From: Candidatus Saccharimonadota bacterium
GTDB taxonomy: Bacteria; Patescibacteriota; Gracilibacteria; BD1-5; UBA2023
DNA length: 32,000 nucleotides
Direction of reading: 5' to 3'
Assembly: GCA_046350815.1 (NCBI GenBank)
Contig: JAXLZO010000001.1
Coordinates: forward strand, 150,001 to 182,000
Part shown: positions 1-9,128 of the stretch, piece by piece
How positions within the stretch are numbered: position 1 is the stretch's first letter
How the letters are laid out: the number at the start of each line of letters is the position of its first letter
Notes under the pieces: generated by a model
Database searches by the model: none
The model's input: the letters and a program-made list of their open reading frames with translations, nothing else
What the model was told of the DNA's origin: nothing
Position numbers and translations under genes: made by a program

Positions 1-1535
1 TTCACACGACTATGAGCATCAATGATAGTTTTGAGACTCTCACTCAATATGAGAAGGAGTTCACGATCATACGATGATACCATCTCTGAAGAGAGAGAAT
101 AATCAAATGATACGTCACCAGCTTGTCGTAAAATTTCTTGAGCTCGAACAGAGGCATACTGAATATACGGTCCACTATTTCACTCAAGTGCTGTTGCCTT
201 ATCAGTGTCGAATACAACATCTTTTTCCCTGTCTTGAGAGAGGTACGCATATTTCACAGCTCCGACAGCAATAGCATGGAGATCTTCATCTGAGAGTATG
301 CGATGTTTTTCCTTAAGCACGGACGCAACGCGATCAAAGGCATCATCTATGAGAGTCTCAAGACGGATAATATTTCCTTTTCTTGTGCTCATAGCACCAT
401 CTTTCAATCGTATAGCACCATTTCCAGCATGGAAGAAATCTACTCACTCAAGGAGTTCAGGCCAAGCAAGGTGAGTAATAGTAAAGACCTGTCGAAAATG
501 AAGTGATTGGCGCATATCAGCAAAATATCCAATCGTTGTCGGTTTCCAACCATTCGTGAGCCGATATTTGACGCACGCTATGTCAGAAGTGATATAGAGC
601 ATCGCACCATCTTTTTTCTGGATGACCGTTGATGGAAGTTTGAGCGATTCATCGAATATAACAGCCACGCTTCCATCTTCGTTGCGTGTAGCAATCCCCT
701 TCTCCACTAACTCATCCACAATCATTTTCATGGTATGTGTGAGAAGCGGTATATTTTTCAACTCCTTATTAATTTCAGTAATTCACTGATAAAAGCTCTC
801 ACCAATATGATAGTCACATTTCACACCAATAATATTCATCATGCGATCAACCTCCGTATTGGTATAATTCGTGAATTCTCTCCAGAGTTCTACATGATAA
901 GGATTCCCTTTTGATAGCTCTACAAAGGCATCACGACATTCCTGATCTACTTCAGGATTTGCCTCCACATCAGCTGTAATCTTCACATAGAGATGAAAGA
1001 GATGATCGATCGGTGATTTTTCAAGCTCCTCTCGATTTCCATATTTTTCAAATGCGACAATAAGTTTACCGAAGATGCCACCCCAATCACCAATGTGAGA
1101 ATCACTCGTCACGCGACCACCGAGAAACCGAGTCATCTCAATCATAGATTGCCCAAGAGCAGGAGTACAGAGATGCCCAATATGCGCAGGCTTTCAGACA
1201 TTGACACCAATGTAGTCAATGATTGTATGAGTCCCACTGAGTAAATTTTGTGGTGTGAGCACGAGTGATTCTTCTGTAAGTGCCACAATACCATCAGTAG
1301 AGAGAATAACATTCACATAACCACCTATAGTTGAGAGGGACGCAATATATGAATGTCCTGAAAGCGAGTTGGCAATATTCTCCGCACAGATATTTGGATG
1401 TATACCTTGAGACTTTGCAAGAGCAAAAACATTCAGCATGATATCACCATGTTCCTTTTTCGGCGGACGTCCACCCGCAATGAGCGATACATCAACAGAA
1501 AGCGAGGAAAGGAGGGATTGAATGAGTTTTTGCAT
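1..1535 (-). CDS. argS: Arginyl-tRNA synthetase. The C-terminal end runs off the window start. Four in-frame TGA are read as Gly.
   Basis: Track fragments 1194-1535, 783-1145, 444-761 and 180-407 share one minus frame and are separated only by TGA. I translated 1-179 by hand and the frame stays open to base 1. Motifs seen: KPAHIGHL (HIGH-type) and LE-G(TGA)-NSGPYIQYASVRA, typical of the ArgRS C-terminal domain. Confidence 0.9.
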
Positions 1536-1984
1536 ATTTTTTAAGAGAGATAATATGAAAAATGGCTTGTTTTACAAGCGTAATTCGTATGCAAATTGAG
1601 TACAAACCCCAAAAACTGTACAGATTATGCATACAAATATTTAAAAAATACTTTTTTCTATTTCTTTTTGAATAATCCTTTCCTAATAAGGAAAATCACC
1701 TATTATTTCTATACAAAACATATTATATATATTTGTCTACAGAAGAGCTGTGCATTTTTTCTCATAATTTGCTAAGATACATGTGTCGGGAACAAATACA
1801 CAAATACTTCCCTGAAAACAAATTAATATAATCGTTGCTGGGTGAGATGGGCCACCATACGCCATATGGTGAAACCCTATATTACCAATATCATACCAAT
1901 ACAAATAAATAGGTAACAAAGTTTTTTTACTTCAGTTATCTGCAATTCTTGCAAATATAATGCAAACTAGAGTATATCAGGCCT

Positions 1985-2187
1985 CATGTCTGAGTACCAA
2001 AAAACAGGAACGGGTGAACTTAGTCCTGGATAATCTAAACTACCCAAATCCAGCTTCGCAAATGCCCTGGCAGGCAAACAAATTCATCGACTCTGATGAG
2101 CCTATTTAATACCTACGGGTAAGTGCTCCAGAGCGAAATCATACAAATCTGGAACCATATCTACCAAGACAGGTCCAGATTTTTTTA
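1985..2187 (+). ncRNA. Candidate structured RNA, about 200 nt, unknown class, in a long non-coding gap.
   Basis: A weak promoter (TTGCAA, 18-nt spacer, TATATC) lies at 1949-1978. There is a long-range helix AGGCCTCAT(1980-1988)/ATGAGCCT(2095-2102), internal hairpins CTGGA...TCCAG and CAGGA...TCCTG, and the terminator ATCTGGAACC...GGTCCAGAT+T7 at 2147-2187. Confidence 0.22.
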
Positions 2188-2192
2188 TACCT

Positions 2193-2221
2193 AAAAACCC
2201 TCAATATATATTGAGGGTTTT
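2193..2221. terminator. Hairpin terminator downstream of the 2220-2768 gene.
   Basis: The sequence is AAAAA-CCCTCAA-TATATA-TTGAGGG-TTTT. Confidence 0.6.
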
Positions 2222-2768
2222 ATTCATCTTCTCTTTCCTCGGGATAGAGTGTCCAGCCATGTCATCCATACAAAGATTCTACCTTATGAACATGTTCCTG
2301 AAAAACACTATCAACAATAACATGAAGTGCTTCTTGTGAATCATCTCCACAGACACAATTACGCAGCCACGGATAATATTTTTGCCTTTGACAAAAGGTT
2401 ATATATTCTACACTTTTCCACAATGTGAGGATCTTTTTTGTGTTAAGTTTGCTCTGAAGGCTACTGAGAAGCGGATATCACTCATATCATCGTGATTGCT
2501 CACATAATTCTTGATGAATAAGGAGATAAGCCATCATCTGCTCAACTTCTCAAATATATGAGTCAATTTGAATCTTTCGTGTACGAACTTTTGCAAAAAA
2601 TACTTCGGCCTGTCGACTCAATTGTTGCATCTCTCGAAAAAGATCATCCTGCATATGAATACCAGACAAAACAAATGCCATTCTAAGTTTTTCTCGATCA
2701 TCAACATGCCCCCCATGAACACCAAGATCATCATATACTCGTGATACCCCCTCTCAATCGTTATCCAT
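2220..2768 (-). CDS. Hypothetical protein, 182 aa, five in-frame TGA.
   Basis: Hand translation from the ATG at 2768 reads through 5 TGA with no TAA/TAG until the TAA at 2220-2222. A hairpin terminator follows immediately. It is missing from the ORF track because the standard code fragments it. I recognised no family motif. Confidence 0.5.
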
Positions 2769-2887
2769 AAGAAAATAATATATTTATTATACTTTAACTA
2801 TTTTTGATAATATGTAAATAAAAACGAAAATCGTTGTATTTTTAGAGATATTCTCTATACTCAATCTCACTTTTCTCACTTTTCCTT

Positions 2888-3421
2888 ATGGAACTCAAAC
2901 AAGAACTCCAAAAATCACTCGAACATCTCAAAAACGAATTTGCAAAACTCCAGGTAGGACGTGCAAACCCAGCTATCATCGAGAGTGTCACAGTTGATGC
3001 ATACGGATCGATCCAACCCCTCAAAAATCTCGCAAATGTGGGTGTACTCGATGCACAAACACTCTCCATACAACCATGGGATAAATCACTTCTTCGTGCT
3101 ATCGGTAAAGGAATCACTGACTCAGGTATCGGACTCAATCCACAAGACAATGGTGAGACGATCATGATCAAGATTCCACCTCTCACCACTGAGCGGAGAG
3201 CAGAACTCGCAAAAGTCGCAAAGCGCCTCGCAGAAGAAGCAAAAGTCGCTATTCGTACAATCCGTCAAGATGCTATCAAACATCTCGAAATAGACAAAGA
3301 TTCTATGAGTGAGGATGCTCTCAAATCAGGCAAAGAGGATATACAGAAATCGATCGATGAAACCATCAAAACAATCGATGAACTCACCAAGACCAAGGAA
3401 ACAGATATTATGAAGATATAG
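2888..3421 (+). CDS. frr: Ribosome recycling factor.
   Basis: An intact 177-aa ORF with the typical RRF length and sequence character (VGRANPAIIESVTVDAYGS...PLTTERRAELAKVAKRLAEEAKVAIRTIRQDA). A perfect hairpin terminator follows. Confidence 0.92.
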   Translation: MELKQELQKSLEHLKNEFAKLQVGRANPAIIESVTVDAYGSIQPLKNLANVGVLDAQTLSIQPWDKSLLRAIGKGITDSGIGLNPQDNGETIMIKIPPLTTERRAELAKVAKRLAEEAKVAIRTIRQDAIKHLEIDKDSMSEDALKSGKEDIQKSIDETIKTIDELTKTKETDIMKI

Positions 3422-3461
3422 AAAACAATAAACCAGCGAACATTCGCTGGTTTATTGTTTT
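3422..3461. terminator. Bidirectional terminator between frr and the yvcK-like gene.
   Basis: The sequence is AAAACAATAAACCAGCGAA-CA-TTCGCTGGTTTATTGTTTT, a near-perfect palindrome. Confidence 0.7.
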
Positions 3462-3477
3462 CTATAGAGGAGGTTCC

Positions 3478-4611
3478 TTATAGAAGAACTTCTCTCATTA
3501 CATCCGTAATTTTTTCCTGATCAAATCGATACGTATTACTCTTTTCATCAATCAGATCTCGTTCATAAATTTGAGTTCACCTGTCCTTCAGCTTCTTCTT
3601 ATCTTCTGCACTCAAATAAATATATTCTCCTCATTTCACACTAATATCATCCGAGAATCCGTCAGTCGAAGACTGCAAGTTATTTGCAAGGATAATATCA
3701 AATGGGCGCCCAATGTATCGTTCAAGAATATTTATAAAGTAATCAGCTGACAATCATTCCGCTTCTCAACCCTTATTAGTCGGATTCATCACAAACACAA
3801 GTTTTGCAGGATTTTTTCCTATCCACTCGCGTACTCCATCAACGATAAAGTTGGCAACAAGTGAAGTATAGATGTCACCAGGTGTAACGATGATATAATT
3901 TGCATCTTGGGTAAGAACAGGAATGATCGGATTCATATTTGCATTTCTCGAATCATCCATAAGTTCAAGCTTATCAATAGGCCCCGTATAAAGCTCAGGG
4001 TGATTCGATATAACATCCTGTGTTTTGATAATCTGACCATCGCGAGTAATTGCCTGGATGAGAGCCTTGTCACACGTCACCGGAATTACCTGACCATCTA
4101 CATCGAGAATATCATGCATAGCATCCATCACTTTCTCAAGAGAATAAGCATATGCACAGAAGAGACATGCCATAAGAAGATTTCATCGCTTGTATCACTC
4201 AACCTTCTCATCCTCAATAGCAATGCTCACACCCAGAATCTCACTATACTGCTTTTCAATCTCTGTTCGCCGGTCATTCGAAATACCACGAAGTCAATCA
4301 AGGTAATCTTTGAGTGTCATATCAGATAATTTTCTATCAATATTGAGCACTTCTTCCATAGAAGTCTCAAGATCAACGACATTCTGAGCCTGAGATAATA
4401 CATACAGGGGCCGACGCAGATCACCGGGTGGTGGCAGATGGACTCAGAGATACTTATCAAAAACTTTCATAAGTTTACCCGTCGTTCTTCCATCATCGCT
4501 CATACTTACGATCGATGTAAGCTGCAAAGATGAATGATTTTTCTGTAAATTTTTCAAAGAACGTAGAAGGTACGACTGACCATTCCCTCCACCAATAGTA
4601 ACAATATGCAT
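3478..4611 (-). CDS. YvcK/CofD-family protein (UPF0052, gluconeogenesis-factor-like), 377 aa, eight in-frame TGA.
   Basis: I scanned the triplets from the ATG at 4609-4611 to the TAA at 3478-3480 and found only TGA interruptions. The N-terminus MHIVTIGGGNGQS...MSDDGRTTGKL and the central fragment (track ORF 3766-4173) match the YvcK/CofD family pattern. Confidence 0.75.
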
Positions 4612-4689
4612 AAGATTTTTTGAGTGGACGAATTATAGTCATATTTCCAGAACCAACAATCCAAGAAACCAAGAAATCAGAAAACCAAT

Positions 4690-4717
4690 AAAAAATCCTC
4701 ATTTCTGAGGATTTTTT
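4690..4717 (-). terminator. Intrinsic terminator after rpsA.
   Basis: The sequence is AAAAAATCCTCA-TTTC-TGAGGATTTTTT, directly after the TAA at 4719-4721. Confidence 0.7.
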
Positions 4718-4718
4718 A

Positions 4719-5903
4719 CTATTCTGCAGCTGGAGCTTCAGGAGAAGTCTCTTCTGTCTTTTTCTTTCGAGGTTTCTTTGCTGGAGCTTCAACAGCTTCA
4801 ACAGTTGGAGTTGCTGGGGTTTCGGAAGTTGTCTCAGCTGTAAGAGCCTTGATAGAAAGACCGATTCTCTTTGCATTTGGATCAAAAGTAATGATCTTTG
4901 CTTCGAGATTCTCACCAGCTGGAATCTTCTCCTCAATATTTTCGAGAAGTTCATCTGGGATCTCAGAGAGGTGGATCAAACCTGATACACCACCCTCAAG
5001 AGCCATAAACACTCCAAATTGAGATACGCGAAGTACTGGTGCATTCACAATATCACCAACTTTATATCGCTCTGCGAGACCTGCCCAAGGATTCGGCTTA
5101 AGACGCTTTGCTGAGAGAGAAATCTTGTCAGAATCTACACCAATAACCTGAACCTTGATCTTATCACCTGGCTTTGCAAACTTTTGAGGATTTGCAACAT
5201 GTCCCCAATCAATCTCAGAAACGTGAACAAGACCTTCAAGACCATCGAATGTAACAAAGAGTCCGTAGGTAAGAATACCTGAAACCACACCCTCAACAAT
5301 ATCGCCAATCTTGAGATTCACGAGAGCCGCTGCGCGCTGCTCTTCGATTGCTGCCTTTTCAGAGAAGATAATCTTCTTACCATCGTTATCTACATTGATA
5401 ACACGAACCTTAAATGGCTTACCAATAAGCTTATTGAGGTGTTCAAGAATTCGCTCTGGATTTGCACCCTCAACACGAGGATAGTTCACCGGAGTGAGTT
5501 GAGATACTGGAATAAATCACTTGATACCGTCAAGATCAATGAGAAGACCACCCTTGTTTGCCTCATTTGGAATCACAGTAATAATTTCCTTTGTATCAAA
5601 ATTCGAGTGAAGTTTCTTGATAAGTTTCTGTTGACTTGCCTTTCGGAGAGAAAGGTGGATCAATCCAGAATGTCGATCATCACCAATAGCAATTGCCTCG
5701 ATAAGATCACCAGCACTAATAATAGAGATATCATCCGTCGATGATGTCATATGAGCACCAGCAATAATTCCCGTGAATTGACCATCACAGAGGTCAACAA
5801 GGATCATACGAGGGTTTGCTTGAAGAACTGTACCAGAAACAATTTCACCAAAAGCTGGTGGATTGATCATTGGAATTCCTTCCATTACATTGGACTCTGA
5901 CAT
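4719..5903 (-). CDS. rpsA: 30S ribosomal protein S1 (four S1 domains plus a Pro/Ala/Lys/Glu-rich tail), one in-frame TGA.
   Basis: Track ORFs 5517-5903 and 4719-5489 are in the same frame and joined by a single TGA at 5517-5519. Repeated S1-domain motifs are present (GDIVEGVV...GLFV...GLVHVSE; GDIVNAPV...GVFM...GLIHLSE). Confidence 0.88.
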
Positions 5904-6010
5904 AAAATTACAATAATAAAATAAAAAGTAAGCTTGTAAAAAAACTGTGCACTTGTCTTTTTACATAAAAATGATCCTCAAGATCGAGGAAGTAACTTGC
6001 AAAATTCACA

Positions 6011-6088
6011 TGGGGCGGACGATGGGACTCGAACCCACGACCTCCAGAGTCACAATCTGGCGTTCTAACCAACTAAACTACGACCGCC
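6011..6088 (-). tRNA. tRNA-His (anticodon GTG) with encoded G-1 and encoded 3' CCA.
   Basis: The reverse complement folds as a cloverleaf: anticodon stem CCAGA/TCTGG, loop TTGTGAC, T arm GTGGG-TTCGAGT-CCCAT, and a D loop containing GG. An extra 5' G opposite C73 is the His identity element. There is one T:T mismatch at positions 5:68 in the acceptor stem. Confidence 0.9.
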
Positions 6089-6164
6089 GTATATACAAAT
6101 ATTTGCCAAGACAGTATAGAGAAAATAGGATTTTTGCAAGTCTATTTGCGAGAAATATGAATAT

Positions 6165-6192
6165 TTGACACAAGTTTTCAAAAACATAGAAT
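6165..6192 (+). promoter_or_regulatory. Sigma-70-like promoter: TTGACA, 16-nt spacer, TAGAAT.
   Basis: An exact -35 hexamer at 6165-6170, a 16-nt spacer, and a 5/6 match to the -10 consensus at 6187-6192. It lies upstream of the structured leader and the MazG-like operon. Confidence 0.5.
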
Positions 6193-6198
6193 GAACTT

Positions 6199-6351
6199 GA
6201 TTTTACTGTCCGATTTGAATCGGTCTCATCAAGAGTTGGAATCCTTGAAACAGGTGAAATCAAGAGTGTTCTTCGTACGAGAAGAAAACTTGGGTGGAAC
6301 CGTCCAGAATCGCTGGACCCCAAGACCTGATATATTGTCTGGTCTTTTTTT
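6199..6351 (+). promoter_or_regulatory. Structured 5' leader, about 150 nt, ending in an intrinsic terminator 15 nt before the MazG-like ATG. Candidate riboswitch or attenuator of unknown class.
   Basis: Helices read from the sequence: CTTGATTT/AAATCAAG, CCGAT-TTGA-ATCGG, TTCTTC-GTACGA-GAAGAA, and CTTGGG...[GTCCAG-AATCG-CTGGAC]...CCCAAG. The 3' arm CCCAAG overlaps the 5' arm of the terminator AAGACC...GGTCTT+T7 at 6323-6351. Confidence 0.35.
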
Positions 6352-6365
6352 CTGATTGAAAATAT

Positions 6366-6665
6366 ATGAGAAAACTTATTCGCGATAGAATCCCAGAAAT
6401 TATCCAATCCAATTGAGAAGTAGCGAACATTACTCTCGTGGAAGACTGAAATGAACTCTTTGCTCTTCTTCTCGAAAAAGTCCTTGAGGAAGCGCAAGAA
6501 GTTGTGGAGAGTCAGTGAGATCCAAGTGAAATTGCCGATCTTGTGGAGGTCCTTATGAGTCTCACCCAATTTCAAGGAATCACTTGGGATGAGATCGAAT
6601 CTCTTCGCACTGAGAAATGTGAGAAACGAGGAGGATTCGAGCAATGATATATTCTTCATACCTAA
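6366..6665 (+). CDS. MazG-like / PRA-PH-like nucleoside triphosphate pyrophosphohydrolase, 99 aa, four in-frame TGA.
   Basis: Hand translation gives MRKLIRDRIPEIIQSNGEVA...LLEKVLEEAQEVVES...EIADLVEVL...KCEKRGGF. The N-terminal KL(I/V)RD(K/R)IPEII and the acidic helices are typical of this small all-alpha NTP-PPase family. It ends at the TAA at 6663-6665. Confidence 0.6.
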
Positions 6666-6668
6666 ATT

Positions 6669-7223
6669 ATGAAAAAAATCTCGGAAGAAATAGTGGTCGA
6701 TAACTGATGGAGAAAGATCTATCGCAGTGACTACCAAGATAGTCACGGAAATAAAATCGATATGCTCATATATGGGAATTCTCAAGGCGATGGAAACGGT
6801 GCTATGATCATAGCAATCACAAAAGAAAAAAAGATACTGCTACTCAAAGAATTTCGATATGGTCCGGAAAAATATATGTTTAACTTTCCTGTTGGATCGA
6901 CAGATGCAAATGAATCGTCAAAAGAGGCTGCCATAAGGGAATGTCTGGAGGAGACATGATATTCTGGATCTCATTGCGTCCAAATTGGCACATGCATAAA
7001 CAGCTACTATATGCGAGGCAGTCTCCATCTCTATCTCATAACTGGGGTTGAACAAATTCAAAATCAAGATACACATCTTGGGGAAGATATATCCCTTGGA
7101 GAATACACAATTGAAGAGCTTGAAAACATGATTGTACGTGGTGACATAGTTTGCTCATATACAGTTCATACATATTTTCTCGCAAAAGAGAAAACCAAAA
7201 ATTTTACTTGTTTTGATTTTTAG
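6669..7223 (+). CDS. NUDIX hydrolase, 184 aa, two in-frame TGA.
   Basis: Track ORFs 6762-6959 and 7011-7223 are in frame with the ATG at 6669. The Nudix box is GSTDANESSKEAAIRECLEETG(TGA)Y, where the recoded TGA supplies the conserved G of REx2EExG. Confidence 0.8.
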
Positions 7224-7251
7224 ATTATATATCGTTTACTACTACTTAACT

Positions 7252-7941
7252 ATGCAAATAAAGGAATCTACTATTCAGTACAATGGTGAATCAATAATCG
7301 CTGATATCATAGGCGATGACTCACAAATTGACATACTTATGATTCATTGATGAGGACTCGGAAGCAATCGTAAGCGGTTTCATAAGTTACGTCTTGACTT
7401 AGCAAAACATGGAATAACAAGCGTAGCATTTGATCATTTATGACACGGTGACAGCTCGTGAAATCTCTTGTGATCAACGTTAAAATCCCGGACTGAACAA
7501 GTCGAAATAATAGCTAATGAGCTCTCTCTGAATACACCTACTATGCTCTTATGAACAAGTATGGGTGCATATACCGCTATTATTGCTTGAGCAAGACTCA
7601 ATATAAAAAAGCTCTCCTTGTTTGTTCCCGGAGTGTATAATCCTAATGCGTACGAACTTCCTTTCTGACCTGAATTTAGTCAAGCTATACGACAGCATAA
7701 TAGTTGGGGGGGGAGCGATGCTTTTTCAAAAATTCAAGAACTCAAATGAAAAATTCTGATTTTTTGAGCTGAAAGAGATCAAGTCATACCAAGAGAAATA
7801 CCAGAAAGATTACACCAAGCAAGTGCTCATAGCACAATACACTGGATTGACTCAGATCACAATATCCAACAGTATATAGCAGAAAACGATACCGTAAGAA
7901 GCAAGATCGTGGCTGAGATTCAAAAGGTTATCAATATTTAA
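7252..7941 (+). CDS. Alpha/beta-fold hydrolase, 229 aa, ten in-frame TGA.
   Basis: I translated the whole frame triplet by triplet and found no TAA/TAG before 7939-7941. With TGA read as Gly, the motifs are MIHGGGLGS, LGHGDSS and the nucleophile elbow G(TGA 7552-7554)-T-S-M-G. The gene is invisible in the standard-code ORF track. Confidence 0.8.
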
Positions 7942-7963
7942 ATTAACAATAAATAAAACTCAT

Positions 7964-9124
7964 ATGGCTAATACAAAAGTGCAACACTTCAACAATAGTC
8001 TTGTAACCCCGATAAATCAATCAGCAACATACTTCTTTCGTAATACTCAAGAAGTTATTGAATATCATGAGGGTAGCAAACAATATGGAAGGTACTGAAG
8101 ATATGACAATCAAAACTGGATAGAGTGTGAAGAAAAACTTGCCCGACTTGATAACTTTTCAGATGCTTTAATTTTTCCATCTGGTATGTCAGCAATAACA
8201 ACAACCTTACTTGCACTCTTGACAAAAGGTGACCATGTTATTGTTAATGGGAAAACATACCGAAATGTTAGAAATTTTTGCACATCTTCTCTACCTAAAT
8301 ACGGTATAGAAGTGAGTACATTTGAGCTAAACGAAACTTATTTAGAAAATATTCTAGCAGTATATAATGAAAACACAAAGGTTATCTTCGTGGAGATGCC
8401 ATCAAATCCACATCTCTATGTTGCTGATATTTCTAAAATTCGAAATGCTATACGAAATGACACCATACTCATAGTTGATTCTACATTAATTACCCCGATT
8501 AATTATAAACCAAAAGATTTTTGAGCGAATCTCGTCATCCATAGTTGTTGAAAATATATTTGATGACATTCAGATATTCTTGTATGAAGTGTTTCATGAG
8601 AAGGTCCATACATAGAAATCATAAGAAATTTGCGAAATATTTTTGGATGCATAGTTGATGCGCATGCTGCTTTTTTACTAGCTCGTAGTCTTGAAACCTT
8701 AGAAATTAGGATACAACATCAGAATACCTCAGGACAAGCGCTTGCAGAATTTTTAGCAAAACATCCGAAAATTAAGACTGTATTTTATCCATGACTACCC
8801 GCTCATCCAAATTACCATCTGGCAGCATCTATATTTTCTTGATTTGGATGAGTCATGAGCTTTGAGATTGATGGAAATATGGAAGATGGGAAAAAATTTA
8901 TTGATAATCTTAAAATACCCTATATGGGAACAAATTTTGGCGGGACTATCTCGATGGTTGAGCAATGTTCAGTATTCACATATTATAAGTTAGCAAAGGA
9001 AGAACGAGACATATTGGGGATATCTGATACCTTAATACGATTTAGTGTATGAATGGAGAATATAGCAGACATTATAGCAGACATACATCAGGCACTAAAT
9101 CTTACTTTTACTAATACTAAATAA
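7964..9124 (+). CDS. Cys/Met-metabolism PLP-dependent enzyme (cystathionine gamma-synthase / beta-lyase / methionine gamma-lyase family), 386 aa.
   Basis: Track ORFs 8186-8524 and 8855-9052 are in frame with the ATG at 7964 and joined only by TGA. Motifs: PSGMSAI, the PLP-lysine region HSC-G-KYIGGHSD, YP-G(TGA)-LPAHPNYHLA, and S-G(TGA)-FG-G(TGA)-VMSFE. Confidence 0.82.
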
Positions 9125-9128
9125 ATCT

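Noticed and set aside
1840-1880. A possible T-box leader for argS (the minus strand reads UAUGGUGGCCC, reminiscent of the T-box GGUGG).
   Set aside because: The match to the 14-nt T-box consensus is poor. I found no recognisable specifier loop or stem I, and no terminator/antiterminator pair positioned before the argS start.
1737-1919. A 60-aa minus-strand ORF in the argS upstream gap.
   Set aside because: It has a non-ATG start and an aromatic/Ile-rich sequence typical of AT-rich noise. Extending it upstream through TGAs reaches a TAG at 2040-2042 without a credible start.
2059-2108. A tmRNA-like tag frame, GCA AAC AAA ... TAA (ANKFIDSDEPI*).
   Set aside because: There is no tRNA-like acceptor or T-arm (no GGTTCGA...CCA) on either side. 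The tag lacks the hydrophobic (Y)ALAA-type end.
4493-4954. A 153-aa minus-strand ORF with repetitive LQLxKL sequence.
   Set aside because: It is an alternative frame of the rpsA C-terminal tail and runs into the yvcK-like start region. The S1 frame is clearly the real one.
6230-6275. UCAUCAAGAG resembles the 5' end of the SAM-I riboswitch.
   Set aside because: The remaining SAM-I core (GAGGGA, the four-way junction, the pseudoknot partners) is absent. I report the leader as an unclassified candidate instead.
6191-6364. A small ORF (MNLILLSDLNRSHQELESLKQ..., 57 codons to the first TGA) in the operon leader.
   Set aside because: Its ATG overlaps the predicted -10 box, so it would lie upstream of the transcript start. 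It has no recognisable motifs. With TGA read as Gly it would run into the MazG-like gene out of frame.
6078-6785. The largest standard-code ORF in this area (235 aa, minus strand).
   Set aside because: It overlaps tRNA-His and is antisense to the well-supported MazG-like and NUDIX genes. Its sequence is low-complexity with no motifs. It is an artefact of a stop-poor antisense frame.
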